From: Candidatus Eiseniibacteriota bacterium
Lineage (GTDB): Bacteria > Eisenbacteria > RBG-16-71-46 > JABDJR01
Direction: 5' to 3'
Assembly: GCA_963783375.1 (NCBI GenBank)
Contig: CAWANH010000029.1
Coordinates: forward strand, 1,631,368-1,695,367
DNA: 64,000 nucleotides
Numbering within the stretch: position 1 is the first letter of the stretch; every line of letters begins with the position of its first letter. Positions 41,113 to 51,539 of the stretch are shown here, one piece after another. A program made the translations under genes and the position numbers. The notes under the pieces are model-generated. The model saw only the letters and a program-made list of their open reading frames with translations, did not search any database and had not been told where the DNA came from.

Positions 41113-43541
41113 TCACTTTGTAAAGAGGGGGAGCTGGACTTCATTGCCGGAAACTGGAACTTCCTTGAGAATCGCCGTCAGGGCCTCCAACCCCCCTAGG
41201 GACTGCAGCATGCTGTCAACGCACTGCTGAGCGGCTTCAAGCCGGGCCGCAATGGGTAACTGCTGCTTCCACGCAGGAGCCAACTCCCCGACGGCGCACA
41301 CGGTGACTAGCCCCAACGCCATGCACCGCACGTCTCCCTCCGTGGGCCTGACACCACCCCGCCGCAATGATGAGATCTGGCGTCCGAGCAGTTCCTTCAA
41401 GAGGGCCGGCTCCACCTCAGGGCTTCGGCTACCCGGCAATCCTTTTCGGGCCATCAGAATGGTATCAACGACCGAGGAGCTGGTGCGCGCAATGTGAAGA
41501 GATGCGGACATCTCCGCCGGGCAGGGCACACTTGCGGTCGCCACCAACCCGGCGTCGAGTAACGATACGACCACTGGAAGGTACGCCACCACATCGTTGT
41601 GGTGATACGTGAACGCGAATAGGCCGCCCGGTCGCAGTGCGGCCGCGGCACGCTGATAGACCCGCGATAGGCCATCGGAAAAGTGGAGCAGGTCACGGCC
41701 GGCGGTCCTATTCCCGGTTAGTTCGCCGGGAGCGCGTGTGGTTTCCGGCTGAAAGATAGAGACCTCCTGCCTGAGGAACCTTCTCAGCCAGATGTAGCAA
41801 AAGTCCATAAGCTCTGCATATTGCACGTTGTCGAAGTATGGGGGTTAGTGATCACCGCATCAACTGAGGAGGAAGGCAGATCAAGGTCACCCGCAGAGCC
41901 GGCAATGATCCACGCATGGCGCACAGCCCCTGCCTCCGGAACGTGATCGACAAACGTCGCGCGAATATGCTCCCCAGCCACCGTCACGCGGCGCTTGCTT
42001 CCACCACTGTATTTGGTTTCGAAAGGATGTAGGTTGTACTCCTTTGCCTCTAGGAATTTCTCAAGAAAGTGTCGGAACCCTCCTGTTCCCACCCAAGGAA
42101 TACCCAAGACGTTGTTCTCACACTGGAGCAACCCCACCGGGAAGCCGTGTACAGAGAAGATGTCCTGGCACTTCAGCGCATATGTATCGTATCGGCCTAA
42201 CATGTTCTGGTAGCGAAGGAAGTCCGAGAAGACCGTGGCGAGAGCGTGTCGGTGGGCCACGTCTTTGACCTTCTCAATCCTCCTAAGCAGGACGACTAGA
42301 CTCAACAGTTGACGCTTGTTGAAAAGCTGTGCGAACTGTCGGTAACCCCAGCGGAGCAGCCGCGTCGTTTCATCTCCTTCCGGTATCGAATCGTCCGGGA
42401 CGAAATCAGAGAACCCGTTCTTCTCATACGCTGCCGCAGCCCCAACGAAGGCTCTGAAGTCACCCCGGTCCGGAGCCTTAAAGAACCTGCCCATGTGGGT
42501 TGGTTTGCACTTGGAGCAGTGGTACTCAATAGCAATCAGAGTATGTGTGGGGGGGCCCGACGCGGCAAAGTCGTGTGGGTAACGTCCCTCATGACTACAG
42601 TGGGCACATCGGTAGCGGTTCCTGTGGGCAGGCCCTTCATTCTTGAACTGAGACTTGCATTTTCCGCAACGGATCTCCTCCCCACGACCCGGAAGATTCT
42701 CCACCTCAAAGAGATCCCGACACAAAGGGCACAAGAAAACGTAGTTCGGGTGGCGCCTATTCTCCGCGATCAAATAGCCTGGGAAGAGTTCCACTGACTT
42801 GCTGCAGGAAGGGCAGGGAAACGACTTGACCCAGAGGAAGTACTTGACCTCGGCGGGCTTCCCACAAATCAGGCAACACGTACATGTGTAGTAGGCATCA
42901 AGCTCGTCAGCCGCCGACTGTGCCACCTCGTTCCCCAGAGCCCTGAGCTGCCTAACATCCAAGGCAGAGAGCTCCTGGCGAACGATCCAGGCCGCCATGG
43001 GATTGATGTCGCACCCAATGACGTTCATTCCCAGGCGGTTAGCCTCAACGACTGGTGTTCCTCCTCCCATAAACGGGTCAAGGATTGTCCGGCCAACCAA
43101 CGCGTGACCACGGTAGTACGACTGGCTGAGGGGGTCATCGCCCCCAAACTCTGCCAAGAGCAAGGCACGAAAGAGGGAACCGGGACGTCGGGCAAACCAT
43201 TTGTGAACCTTAATGTAGGGCCGGTAGGTCTGCTGGATCTGCTTTTCTCTTAGAGCCAATGGCGCGACGAACGCAATGTCGAAGCGAGACTCGGCCCGAC
43301 CAGCCTCAGAATGGCTGTTTGGCTCTTTTCCGTATGCGGCGATCTTGTCACGTAAGAGAAGCACACTATCCGGGGAGTAAATCCGGTAGCCATTGATCGG
43401 GTGCCGGGCAGCGACGAACTTCCCCTGGCGGTCCCAATTTCGGAGGGTCGAAATGGAGACGCCCAGAAGATCTGCCGCTTGGCCCACGGTCAGCATCGGG
43501 GACGGCGGCGGCGGCGTTCCTTTGCGCTTGGATCTTTGCAT
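41113..43541 (-). CDS. MerR-type HTH fused to a DUF1156-like amino-DNA methyltransferase with CxxC zinc ribbons; one frameshift at ~41842
   Basis: LTVGQAADLLGVSISTLRNWD..PINGYRIY; HKWFARRPG; LDPFMGGGT; one extra C restores ITNPPYFDNVQYAELMDF. Confidence 0.88.
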
Positions 43542-43820
43542 GAGCCGTACCCTACTAAGGTCTACCACAGCCTGTCAACTACCAGGATTAAATGAAACTA
43601 GCAGACTGTGCCACAATGGATTAGACGAATAGAGGCCCCAGAATCGAGTCTTTCTCTGTCTTCGATCAATCCAATGCCGCCCTAAGGGCTAAGTGACTGG
43701 CCAGATTGCTGTTTCGCCCAACAACTGGTCGCCAACGGGGGCTCGCTTCCGCTGATCCGACTCCTGGTGTCAAGAAAGCACAAGCCATCCTGGACGAAAG
43801 GCTGCACACGTAATCCACCC

Positions 43821-44693
43821 TCAGCTTGTCGAGGTGGAACCGACCCACGGAACCCCTGAGAGGAGAGAAGTGAGCCACGGTATAGCCTCAGGGTAGTGGT
43901 CAAGGTTCAGGACGAACTCCTGTCCACGCCCTACGGAACTCAGCCGCACTCGGTTGCCCACTCTCAACCACCGGCTCAAGTTCCCATGATGGGATAGTAC
44001 CGAAGCTCGGCCGTCTGGATGGAACCAAGCCGGAAGATCCCAGCGACTTCTGGAGCAATTCGGTGCAGTGAGACGAAGACTGGGCTCGTAGATTGGGAAA
44101 TACCCCGCTCCCGGAATACCGATGTTCTTCAGGCCCAACGTCAGCTCCTCCGAAGCCAAGTAGACCGTGTTGGTAGCGGCCCAGCTTCCTGTGACGTGAG
44201 GATGGTCTCGGGTCCAAGGTTTCTCACGAGTCAGCCGGGCCATGTCGGTCCAGATTTCCCCGATCTGAAGCCAACCGAAGATCACGTGCTCGTTCGGGGC
44301 CGCGCGATCAAGTCGCAGGGCGCCATTCTCTTGCGCACATCGTCGAAACCACCCGAAGTAGATGAAGATATCGCCTAGCCCTACCCCCTGCTTTGCCAGG
44401 TGGCCTTGCGCGCTGTTGACCGTGCCGAAGGTGCCCCGCCAGCCGGGGAGGCGCTTGAGGGCGTCCCGCCGCAGGTCCGGATCTAAGTGGCAGTGTCGAG
44501 ACTCGAAGATCCTTCCCCGCCCAAGGCGCGCAAGAAGCTCGGATAGAGGTCGTCCATCGAATAGAACCTCAGAGAACGTCCGGGGTCCAGGAGCTGGGAT
44601 TGGCAAGGAAACCAGTCGGCCATCGGGAAGAATGGGCGACGCGAAACCGCCAGCAGACGAATCGAAGCCCTTTCGGCTTAAGATCAGACGCAT
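43821..44693 (-). CDS. Nmad3-family nucleotide-modification-associated protein
   Basis: MRLILSRKGFDSSAGGFASPILPDG..SLPIP, HLDPDL, AQGHL, GDIFIYFGWF, GRGQEFV. Confidence 0.8.
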   Translation of the reverse strand: MRLILSRKGFDSSAGGFASPILPDGRLVSLPIPAPGPRTFSEVLFDGRPLSELLARLGRGRIFESRHCHLDPDLRRDALKRLPGWRGTFGTVNSAQGHLAKQGVGLGDIFIYFGWFRRCAQENGALRLDRAAPNEHVIFGWLQIGEIWTDMARLTREKPWTRDHPHVTGSWAATNTVYLASEELTLGLKNIGIPGAGYFPIYEPSLRLTAPNCSRSRWDLPAWFHPDGRASVLSHHGNLSRWLRVGNRVRLSSVGRGQEFVLNLDHYPEAIPWLTSLLSGVPWVGSTSTS

Positions 44694-44858
44694 CACTCGA
44701 TATTACAACGTCTTCCACCATGGCTGCTTGCTTATGTAGAGCCTGAGCCGTGTCGAAAGGCCTGCCGGCAGATGGTGTACTACCACTTGGTCCTTGCAAA
44801 GCCGTCTCGACGATCTCTCGCAAAGCCCTCATGCTGGTATTGAGAGCGTTTTTCAGAA

Positions 44859-45311
44859 GTGCACCCAAAACTGGAGGGAGGTGATCCTACGGAGATCCTG
44901 GGGCTAGCTGTTGCGATCGGGGTCGTGGCAGTGCCGTTGGCAATCCGTGCGATCCGGAACCGATTGCAGCTCTGCGTTCAGCTGGAGGTCCGAGCTTCGG
45001 ACTACCGTGTTGAAGTAGAGAACACCGGGCGTGTGCCAGTGCTCATCCGGTACATTGGCCTCAGGTCAGCTGAAGCTGATTCCGACGTCTACCGCCTGCT
45101 CATCCGGCTTCCGAACGAGCGTCACGACTTTCACCTGCTGGAGCCCGGCCGACGGTATTGGAAGGACTTCGGGTTGCACCAGACACTCAGCCGCATCCAT
45201 GAGCTTTCCCCAAACGCCAGGGGGCGAGAAACTAAACTATTTGGCTTTGTGGAGTCGCCGCGAAAGAAGCCGTGGCGAAGCCGTCCAATGAGAGTAGCAG
45301 TTCCCAAGTAA
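44859..45311 (+). CDS. Hypothetical single-TM moron-like protein
   Basis: N-terminal TM, VENTGRVPV beta motif; ends head-on with the holin. Confidence 0.55.
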   Translation: MHPKLEGGDPTEILGLAVAIGVVAVPLAIRAIRNRLQLCVQLEVRASDYRVEVENTGRVPVLIRYIGLRSAEADSDVYRLLIRLPNERHDFHLLEPGRRYWKDFGLHQTLSRIHELSPNARGRETKLFGFVESPRKKPWRSRPMRVAVPK

Positions 45312-45321
45312 CCCGGTGCCG

Positions 45322-45725
45322 TCAGCCCTTGGTCATCGAGTCGACGATGCCCGGGCAGGACCTTCTCCGCCGACCGCCCGATGACGTAGCCCGCCGAGGC
45401 CGATCTCGACGATGTCCCAGAGCTTCAGGGCCTCGGCCTCGGCCAGGTTCGGGGCCGACCAGCCGAGCCAGCGGGCGACGATGAGGGCCACGAAGACGAG
45501 CATCGTGATCGGGCGCCAGGTGCGCTGGAGCCAGCTCTGGCCCTGGGCCTCGGCCTTCACCACCTCGGCGGCGGCCCGCTCGATCTCCGAGGTCCGCTCC
45601 AGGACGGCGGCCTGGAGGGCCTGCTGGAGCTCCAGGCGCTTGAGCTCGTGCTCCGGGTCCGGGAACACCCGCTCGGCCACGGTGCCGGCCACCTTCCCCA
45701 GGATCCCGAGGATCTCTCCGATCAT
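45322..45725 (-). CDS. Holin, 3TM (GTA-holin-like) family; 3' frameshift
   Basis: AEAQGQSWLQRTWRP, LWDIVEIGLGG(YVIGRSAEK). Confidence 0.8.
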
Positions 45726-45736
45726 GGCGTCTCCTC

Positions 45737-46231
45737 TCAGGCGTAGGCCCGGTTGAGCCAGCCCCGCTCGAACACGGCCTGGCCCGGGTCCCGGGCGATC
45801 CGGATCCGGTACTCCCCGGCCGCCTCGGACCGGAGCGCGGCCAGGAGCGCCCCCTCGTCGGCGGCCTGGGCGGCGCCCCAGGTCTCCGGGCCCAGCCGGC
45901 CGTCGATCCGGACCCGGGCGCCGATCGCCCAGAGGGCCCGCTGGAGGCAGGTGACCGCGGTCCGCTCCCCCAGGTTCACGGCCAGGTCGAACACCTTGAT
46001 GGCGATCAGGTCCGGGAGCCGCTCGTAGCCGCGCCCCCGCCAGTAGCGCTCCCAGTAGATCCCGATGGCCTGGATCCGGGTCAGCTCCCGGACGTTCACC
46101 CCCGGGTTCCAGCGCTGGGAGAGGCCGTACTTGGTGGGCCCGCCCTTGTCGAGCGGGTTGTCGGTGAACGCCTCCCCCTCGTGCTCGAGGACGACCTCGA
46201 TCGCCCGTTCGAAGAGTCCGCGATCCGTCAT
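45737..46231 (-). CDS. Endolysin, glycoside hydrolase family 108
   Basis: HEG..DNPLDKGGPTKYG, FDLAVNLG, DGRLGPET, FERGWLNR. Confidence 0.9.
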   Translation of the reverse strand: MTDRGLFERAIEVVLEHEGEAFTDNPLDKGGPTKYGLSQRWNPGVNVRELTRIQAIGIYWERYWRGRGYERLPDLIAIKVFDLAVNLGERTAVTCLQRALWAIGARVRIDGRLGPETWGAAQAADEGALLAALRSEAAGEYRIRIARDPGQAVFERGWLNRAYA

Positions 46232-46232
46232 G

Positions 46233-46601
46233 TCACCCGTTCCTCCGCGCCAGCTCGAGCCGGAGCGCGCTCAGGACGTCGTTCAGCCGGTGGCTCCGCT
46301 CCTTCATGTCCGTCTCGATCTCCTTCTGGGTCTCGTTCAGCCGCTCCATCCCCGACCGGATCTGGAGCAGCACCTCGTGGACGTCGTCCAGGGAGTGCCC
46401 GTTCGGGCCCAGCGGGCAGATCACCCGGAGGTCGTCGAGCGCGACTCCGGACCGGCCGTTCCCGTTCCGGCGCTTCTGCTGCGACCGCGCGAGGTCGACC
46501 GCCTGGACGGCGAGCCGGACCGAGAGCACCGTGGCCAGGAGCCCCAGCCCCCCGAGGCCGAACGTCCGCGCGATCTCCAACGCCTCGTTCATCCGCGTCA
46601 C
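46233..46601 (-). CDS. Phage TM + coiled-coil protein (lysis module)
   Basis: One TM followed by heptad-rich C-terminus; adjacent to the lysin. Confidence 0.65.
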   Translation of the reverse strand: MTRMNEALEIARTFGLGGLGLLATVLSVRLAVQAVDLARSQQKRRNGNGRSGVALDDLRVICPLGPNGHSLDDVHEVLLQIRSGMERLNETQKEIETDMKERSHRLNDVLSALRLELARRNG

Positions 46602-46611
46602 TCCTTCGGCC

Positions 46612-46992
46612 TCAGAGGGCCGTCTCCGTCACCCCGGCGGTGAGCTGGATCGTGCCCTTCTCGATCGTGTAGACCTTCCCGGTCACGAGCCGGATCTGGA
46701 TGTCGTGGACCCAGCGCTTCGTCCCCAGGCCGGCCGTGTCCTCCTGGGTGAGGTCGAAGCGGAGGTCGCCGTCCACCCCGGGGCCGCCGGGCTCGACGAC
46801 GTGCCCGGTGCCGACCACCTCCGTGGGGGTGATCCGCTTCTGGAGCCGGGCTTCCCCGTCCGGCTGGGCGGGGTAGTGCTTCACGGTGAGCCAGGCCACG
46901 GCGATCGCCGCGGGGAGGCCGGTCACGGTGCGGCGGATCTCGAGGTCGTCCCCGGCCACGAACCCGGTGATCGAGACGGCGAGGTCCGACAT
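46612..46992 (-). CDS. Phage virion protein, BppU-N-like Ig fold
   Basis: GDDLEIRRTV..RFDLTQEDT..HDIQI..GKVYTIEKG. Confidence 0.65.
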   Translation of the reverse strand: MSDLAVSITGFVAGDDLEIRRTVTGLPAAIAVAWLTVKHYPAQPDGEARLQKRITPTEVVGTGHVVEPGGPGVDGDLRFDLTQEDTAGLGTKRWVHDIQIRLVTGKVYTIEKGTIQLTAGVTETAL

Positions 46993-47939
46993 CAGATCCC
47001 TCCTCCCGCGACGCAGGTCCTGGCGTCCGCCCAGGCCACGGACCGGGTGGCGGCGTGGGCCGCCCGGACGGCGCGGGTCCCCGCGTGGCGGGCGACGGGC
47101 TCGGTGTAGGCGGCGGAGAGCCGGCAGGCGGCGGCCCCGTACCCGGTCGCCAGGACCTGCCCCGAGGCGAGCACCCAGGCGACGGCCACGGCCTCCCCGT
47201 ACCCGGTGGCGAGGCCGGACCCCGGGATCCGGACGCCGGCCACGGCGACGGCCGTTCCGCGCCCTGTGGCCACCCCTGACGCCACGGAGGCCACCCACGC
47301 CGAGGCCTCGGCCAGGCCGGCCCCGGTGGCCGTTCCCCCTCCGGCCGCGCGAACCCGGGCGGCACCCCACGCGGTCCCCCGCCCCGTCGCCGTCCCGGAG
47401 GGGACCTGGTAGGTGACCCGGAGCTGGCACTTCGCCTTCGGCGTGTTGAGGTTCAGTCCCCAGGAGAGGTCTCCCCCACCCCGAAGGCTGTCGTCCCAGA
47501 CCTTGAGGTCGGTGTCGCCGGCCCGGTTCACGTAGTTCTCGGCGCCGGTCCCTCCCGCGGCGAGGTCCAGCCACGTGTTGTCGGTCGGCTTGGCGGTCAG
47601 GGTCTTCATGAGGGTGCCGGCGTTCCACTCGGCGGAGTTCCCGTCGAGCGTCGCCCCGATGAAGGTCCCGATCGAGAACTTGAGCCGGTAGGTGGCCGGA
47701 TTCCCGATCGGCTGGTAGATCGGAACCCGGAGCAGGAACGCGACCCCGGTGACCCGGGCGCCGTCCGGGAGGACGGAGGTGTCGAAGTTGAAGTACGCCC
47801 GCCAGTTCTGAGTGAGCACCACGTCCTGCCCCGTCATGCACATGGCGGAGCCGAGGGCGGCCTCGTAGGTCGAGGGCGAGGTCAGCGTGATCTTCCCGCT
47901 CTTCGGCTCCACGAACGGGAGATCGACGACGCGGATCAT
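46992..47939 (-). CDS. Phage structural (fibre-like) protein with Ala/Gly/Thr-rich tail
   Basis: RAYFNFDTSVLPDGARVT domain, repeated ATGxG; position within the operon. Confidence 0.6.
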   Translation of the reverse strand: MIRVVDLPFVEPKSGKITLTSPSTYEAALGSAMCMTGQDVVLTQNWRAYFNFDTSVLPDGARVTGVAFLLRVPIYQPIGNPATYRLKFSIGTFIGATLDGNSAEWNAGTLMKTLTAKPTDNTWLDLAAGGTGAENYVNRAGDTDLKVWDDSLRGGGDLSWGLNLNTPKAKCQLRVTYQVPSGTATGRGTAWGAARVRAAGGGTATGAGLAEASAWVASVASGVATGRGTAVAVAGVRIPGSGLATGYGEAVAVAWVLASGQVLATGYGAAACRLSAAYTEPVARHAGTRAVRAAHAATRSVAWADARTCVAGGGI

Positions 47940-47973
47940 GGCTTCGGCCGCTCCCCGGCGCTCACGGGCCCGG

Positions 47974-48397
47974 TCACTCCATCCGGAGCTTCAGGTCGCC
48001 GGCCACGATCTGGAACACGCCGCCGGTCCCGACCACCTGGGCCTCGTCGAGCGCTCCGTGGTGGAGGAGGTTCCCGCCCACGGCCGCGTCCTTCAGGCCC
48101 GAAGTGGGTGATGGTGCCCCAGGGGGTCACCGCCGCCGGGAACACGATGTCGTGGGCGTTGGCGACGAGCTTCCCGGCGCCGTCGGTGACGGCCAGGGCG
48201 AACTCCGGCGCGCCGCCGCCGCTCGGGTTCACCTGGACCCGCGCGTAGCCGCCCCCCGAGACCTCGGTCCCGGTGTCGGCGTCGGTGGGGTCGCTGGTGT
48301 AGAGGGCCACGTAGACCGCCGCCGGCGGGTCGAACGGGACCCCGTTGTAGACGAGGTCCAGGTAGGCGGCCTCGAGGTAGTCCGAGAGTGCGCTCAT
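47974..48397 (-). CDS. Conserved phage virion/fibre-associated protein; frameshift ~48100
   Basis: MSALSDYLE..YVALYTSDPTDA.TGTEVSGGGYAR..FP....WGTITHFG. Confidence 0.75.
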
Positions 48398-48446
48398 GGT
48401 CTCCTGTCTCCTTCGGCCCGAAGCCGGGCCGTGTGGTCGATCGTCC

Positions 48447-50001
48447 TCAGCGGCTCAGGACCCGGTCCCGGAGCCGGTTCAGCCCGGCCGTGATCCCCGC
48501 CTTGGCCCCGTTCCCGTTGCTCCCGTTCGCGGGCGGCTCGTCCTCCCCGTCCTGCGCCGGCGGGCGCGGGCTTGAGCTCGCCCGAGACCGGGATCCCGTA
48601 CTCCCGGGCCAGGGCCTCCTCGCGGGCGAGCTCGGCGAACACGTCCTCCAGGTCCTCCCCCTTCTCGGCCAGGAACCCGGTCCGGGTGCCGAGGCCGTTC
48701 TGGATCGAGATCACCGCCGCCCGGGCCTCCTTCTCGGGGTCGATCCACTGCCAGCCGCGGGGGCGGTGGCGGACGGCGAGGTACCGGGCGGGGTCGCGGG
48801 AGCTGAGCTTGAGCGCCCCGGTGAGGAGCGCCATCCCGAGCCAGGCGGAGTAGAGGGGCCGCCGCCAGAGGTCGATGAAGTCCTGCTGGATGGAGCGCCA
48901 GTCGTCGCGCTCCACCAGGGCGAACGAGCGCATGGTGGAGTAGCTCACCCCCTCGGCGTCGTTCGCGAGCACGTTGTAGAACACGCTGAACCCGGAGGCG
49001 ATCTTCCGGAGCATCTGCTTGATGAAGGCCGGGAACTGCGCGGTGGGGTGCTCGGGCTCCCAGGACTTGAACTCGTAGCCGTCCGGGACGATGTCGAAGG
49101 TCCCCGGGTTGGCCTCCATGGTGGCGGGCTTGGGGTCGGCGGCGAGGTCCCCGGCCACCGAGTCGGCCCGCTTCTCGAAGAGCCCCATCTTCGAGGCCCC
49201 GATCCGGGCCGCCACCGCCTCGCTCTCCTCGTAGGCGTTCAGCATGTGGGCGGGGACCATGACCGAGTGCACCCAGGTCACCCCGCGGGTCTGGTTCACC
49301 CGGTCGGGGTCGTAGAGGTGGAGCATCTCGGAGGCGGGGACGAAGTAGCGCTCGCGCAGGAGGTCGAGCCCCGAGGCGCTCCCCGGGTTCCAGACCCAGT
49401 AGCCGACCGGCCGGCCGATGGCGTCGATCTCGACCCCCATCCGGATCTCGTTCTCGCTCCCCCGGCGGGGCCGGTTGAAGGTCTCGTCGATGAGGTCCGC
49501 GTCGATGGCCTGGAGGGCGAGGCCGTAGGGGTTCCCCTCGAACCCCCGCCAGAGGCGGACGAAGGCCTCCCCGTCGCAGGCCATGGTCTTGAGGATCAGC
49601 TTCTCGAACCGGCGGAGGGTGAGCCTGCCGTCCACCGTGACCGGGGAGCTCGCCCAGTCGTTCCAGGCGGCCTCGATGGCGGCGTTGGTCGCCTGCGTCG
49701 GTCTCCCCGGCCGCCTTCACCTGGGCCTGGAGCTTGATCCCCATGGGCCCGATGACGTTGTTCGCGAGGAGCCGGAAGTAGCGCTTGACGTAGCTGTTGT
49801 TCCGGCCGAGCTCGCGGGCCCGGGCGCGGAGGAGCCGGAGGTCGCCCCGGATCTCCTCGTCGGCGGAGCGGGTCTGGGCGATCCAGTCCAGGAGCAGCCG
49901 GTGGATCCCGGCGCCGTCGAACACGCTCCGCGGAGCCCCGGACCTCGGCCCAGGCCAGCCGGAACGCGCGGGCCGAGGCGCCGGTGGAGCGGGCGCTTCA
50001 T
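48447..50001 (-). CDS. Lambda-family portal protein (frameshifted)
   Basis: LRARARELGRNN, DGEAFV, GVEIDAIGRPVGYW, QTRGV, SYSTMR, WQWIDPEKE. Confidence 0.9.
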
Positions 50002-50558
50002 CGGTCGAACCCCGGCGGGGTGAACGAGACCAGGACCGGCCGGGTGACGGAGTCCGGGGTTCCTGAGCCGGGCCAGGCGGGACTCGAGGGTGCCGAGGAG
50101 CGCCACGGCCTCCTTGAGCGGGATCTTGGAGACCGCGCGGCCGGCGATCTGGTAGCTCTCCATCCCGGCCGGGAGCCGCCCCTCGATGTGGGCCTTCAGC
50201 GCGGCGATCGCCCGCTCGAGCCACTCCTGCTCGCTCCCCTCGGTGGCCTCGGCCAGGTTCGGGAGCACGGTGACGGTCCCCGAGGCGACCTCGTAGACCT
50301 CGCCCGCGGCGTTCGAGACCCGCTCCACCCACTTGTAGAGCCCGGGCTGGAACGCGCCGTCGGTGTCATCGGCCGCGATCGTCACCACGAACGCGTCGCC
50401 GTCCGCGGCGGCGGTCATGGCCAGGACGCTCGCGCCGGCGAGGTGGAGCCGGAGCGTCCAGCCGCGGCCGGCCGGGTAGTCGGTGAGGCGCCTGCCGGTA
50501 GCGGACGGTCGTCCCCGCGGGGAACGACTCGGGGAGGGCGGAGAGGTCCGGGTGCCAT
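49998..50558 (-). CDS. Head-tail adaptor (gpW-like C-terminus), frameshifted
   Basis: LPESFPAGTT..GWTL..ESYQIAGRAVSKIPL; immediately upstream of the portal. Confidence 0.72.
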
Positions 50559-50587
50559 GCGCGCCACGCTGCCATCACCGGCAGCGC

Positions 50588-50617
50588 GCGACCAATCTAA
50601 ATGAGATTTAGATTGGT
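50588..50617. promoter_or_regulatory. AT-rich palindrome at the divergence point of the phage operons
   Basis: ACCAATCTAAAT-GAG-ATTTAGATTGGT; TTAGATTGGT recurs at 51468-51477. Confidence 0.7.
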
Positions 50618-51467
50618 GGTCGTTATGGACCTCGACGGGCTTGAAAGCAAATTCCCCTGGCGGACCCGAGTCGACGTGGCTATGCTCCGTTTGACGCAGC
50701 CGATGCCGTCCAGTTCCGGGAACTGAGAAGTCGTGCACGCGCAGCATTTTCCGAGGTGTAGACAGGATGAGCGCAAGAGCCGTTCTGGAGGATTGTCGCC
50801 TCAGCTACTTGACTGAGGTCGGCGATACTCCGAGCGACTGAACGGCGTCCGTATTGGCTGGAGCGGCCCTTGTCCCTCTTGCAGTGCCGTGGGAGCACGT
50901 CTAGACAAGGTCGACGCCGATCGGATCCAGCAGCTACGCCAGCCGAAGATGCTTCCGATGGGTCCGAGTGGAAGCTGCGACCAGCCCAACCAGAATCTTC
51001 TGGGAGTCTTATCGAAACCGGAAGAGACCTCCGTTCTGACAGACATGACAATATCCAGGTCCCGATGCGGGGGACGTGCCGGTCGTAGTCCGGCAATTCG
51101 CGAAGCGGAAGTCAGGTAGGCAGTTTCTCTGGAGGAATGTCTGCGTTTACGCCGCTCCTCGATGGGCCCTAGTGCTGCTAGGTGCTGGAAGATGGTCATG
51201 ACTATCGAACGTCGACTGCCATATAGCTGGTTGGGAGATCAGAGCTGTCATCGCGTCGCAACCGCCACGAGCTGCAGCTGGACGCATATCGCGAGCGTGG
51301 CATCATCTGCATCGCGTTACTGCACATGCAGCATTCGCAGGTTACCGAAGCATCTCTGCGATGGAGGCGGAGGATCCGACAGGCAGAGATCCATCTTCAG
51401 CGATACATTCGTTAAGCGCTCCGCCGCACGACTGACCGCTGTCACGCACCTCCAGTAATCGCACACC
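50618..51467 (+). other. Lower-GC insert carrying a badly disrupted hypothetical gene
   Basis: Bounded by TTAGATTGGT direct repeats; protein-like fragments MSARAVLEDC, AVGARLDKVDAD, RIFWE in different frames. Confidence 0.5.
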
Positions 51468-51539
51468 TTAGATTGGTCGCCCACCTCCGATCTATCCGCC
51501 GACTAGCCTCCTCCGCGTTCCGTCACAACTGGCAGCGGC

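Noticed and set aside
51320-51420. attC site at GTTAAGC (51411) closing the insert
   Set aside because: No matching RYYYAAC or clean stem upstream; the sequence is too degraded to call.
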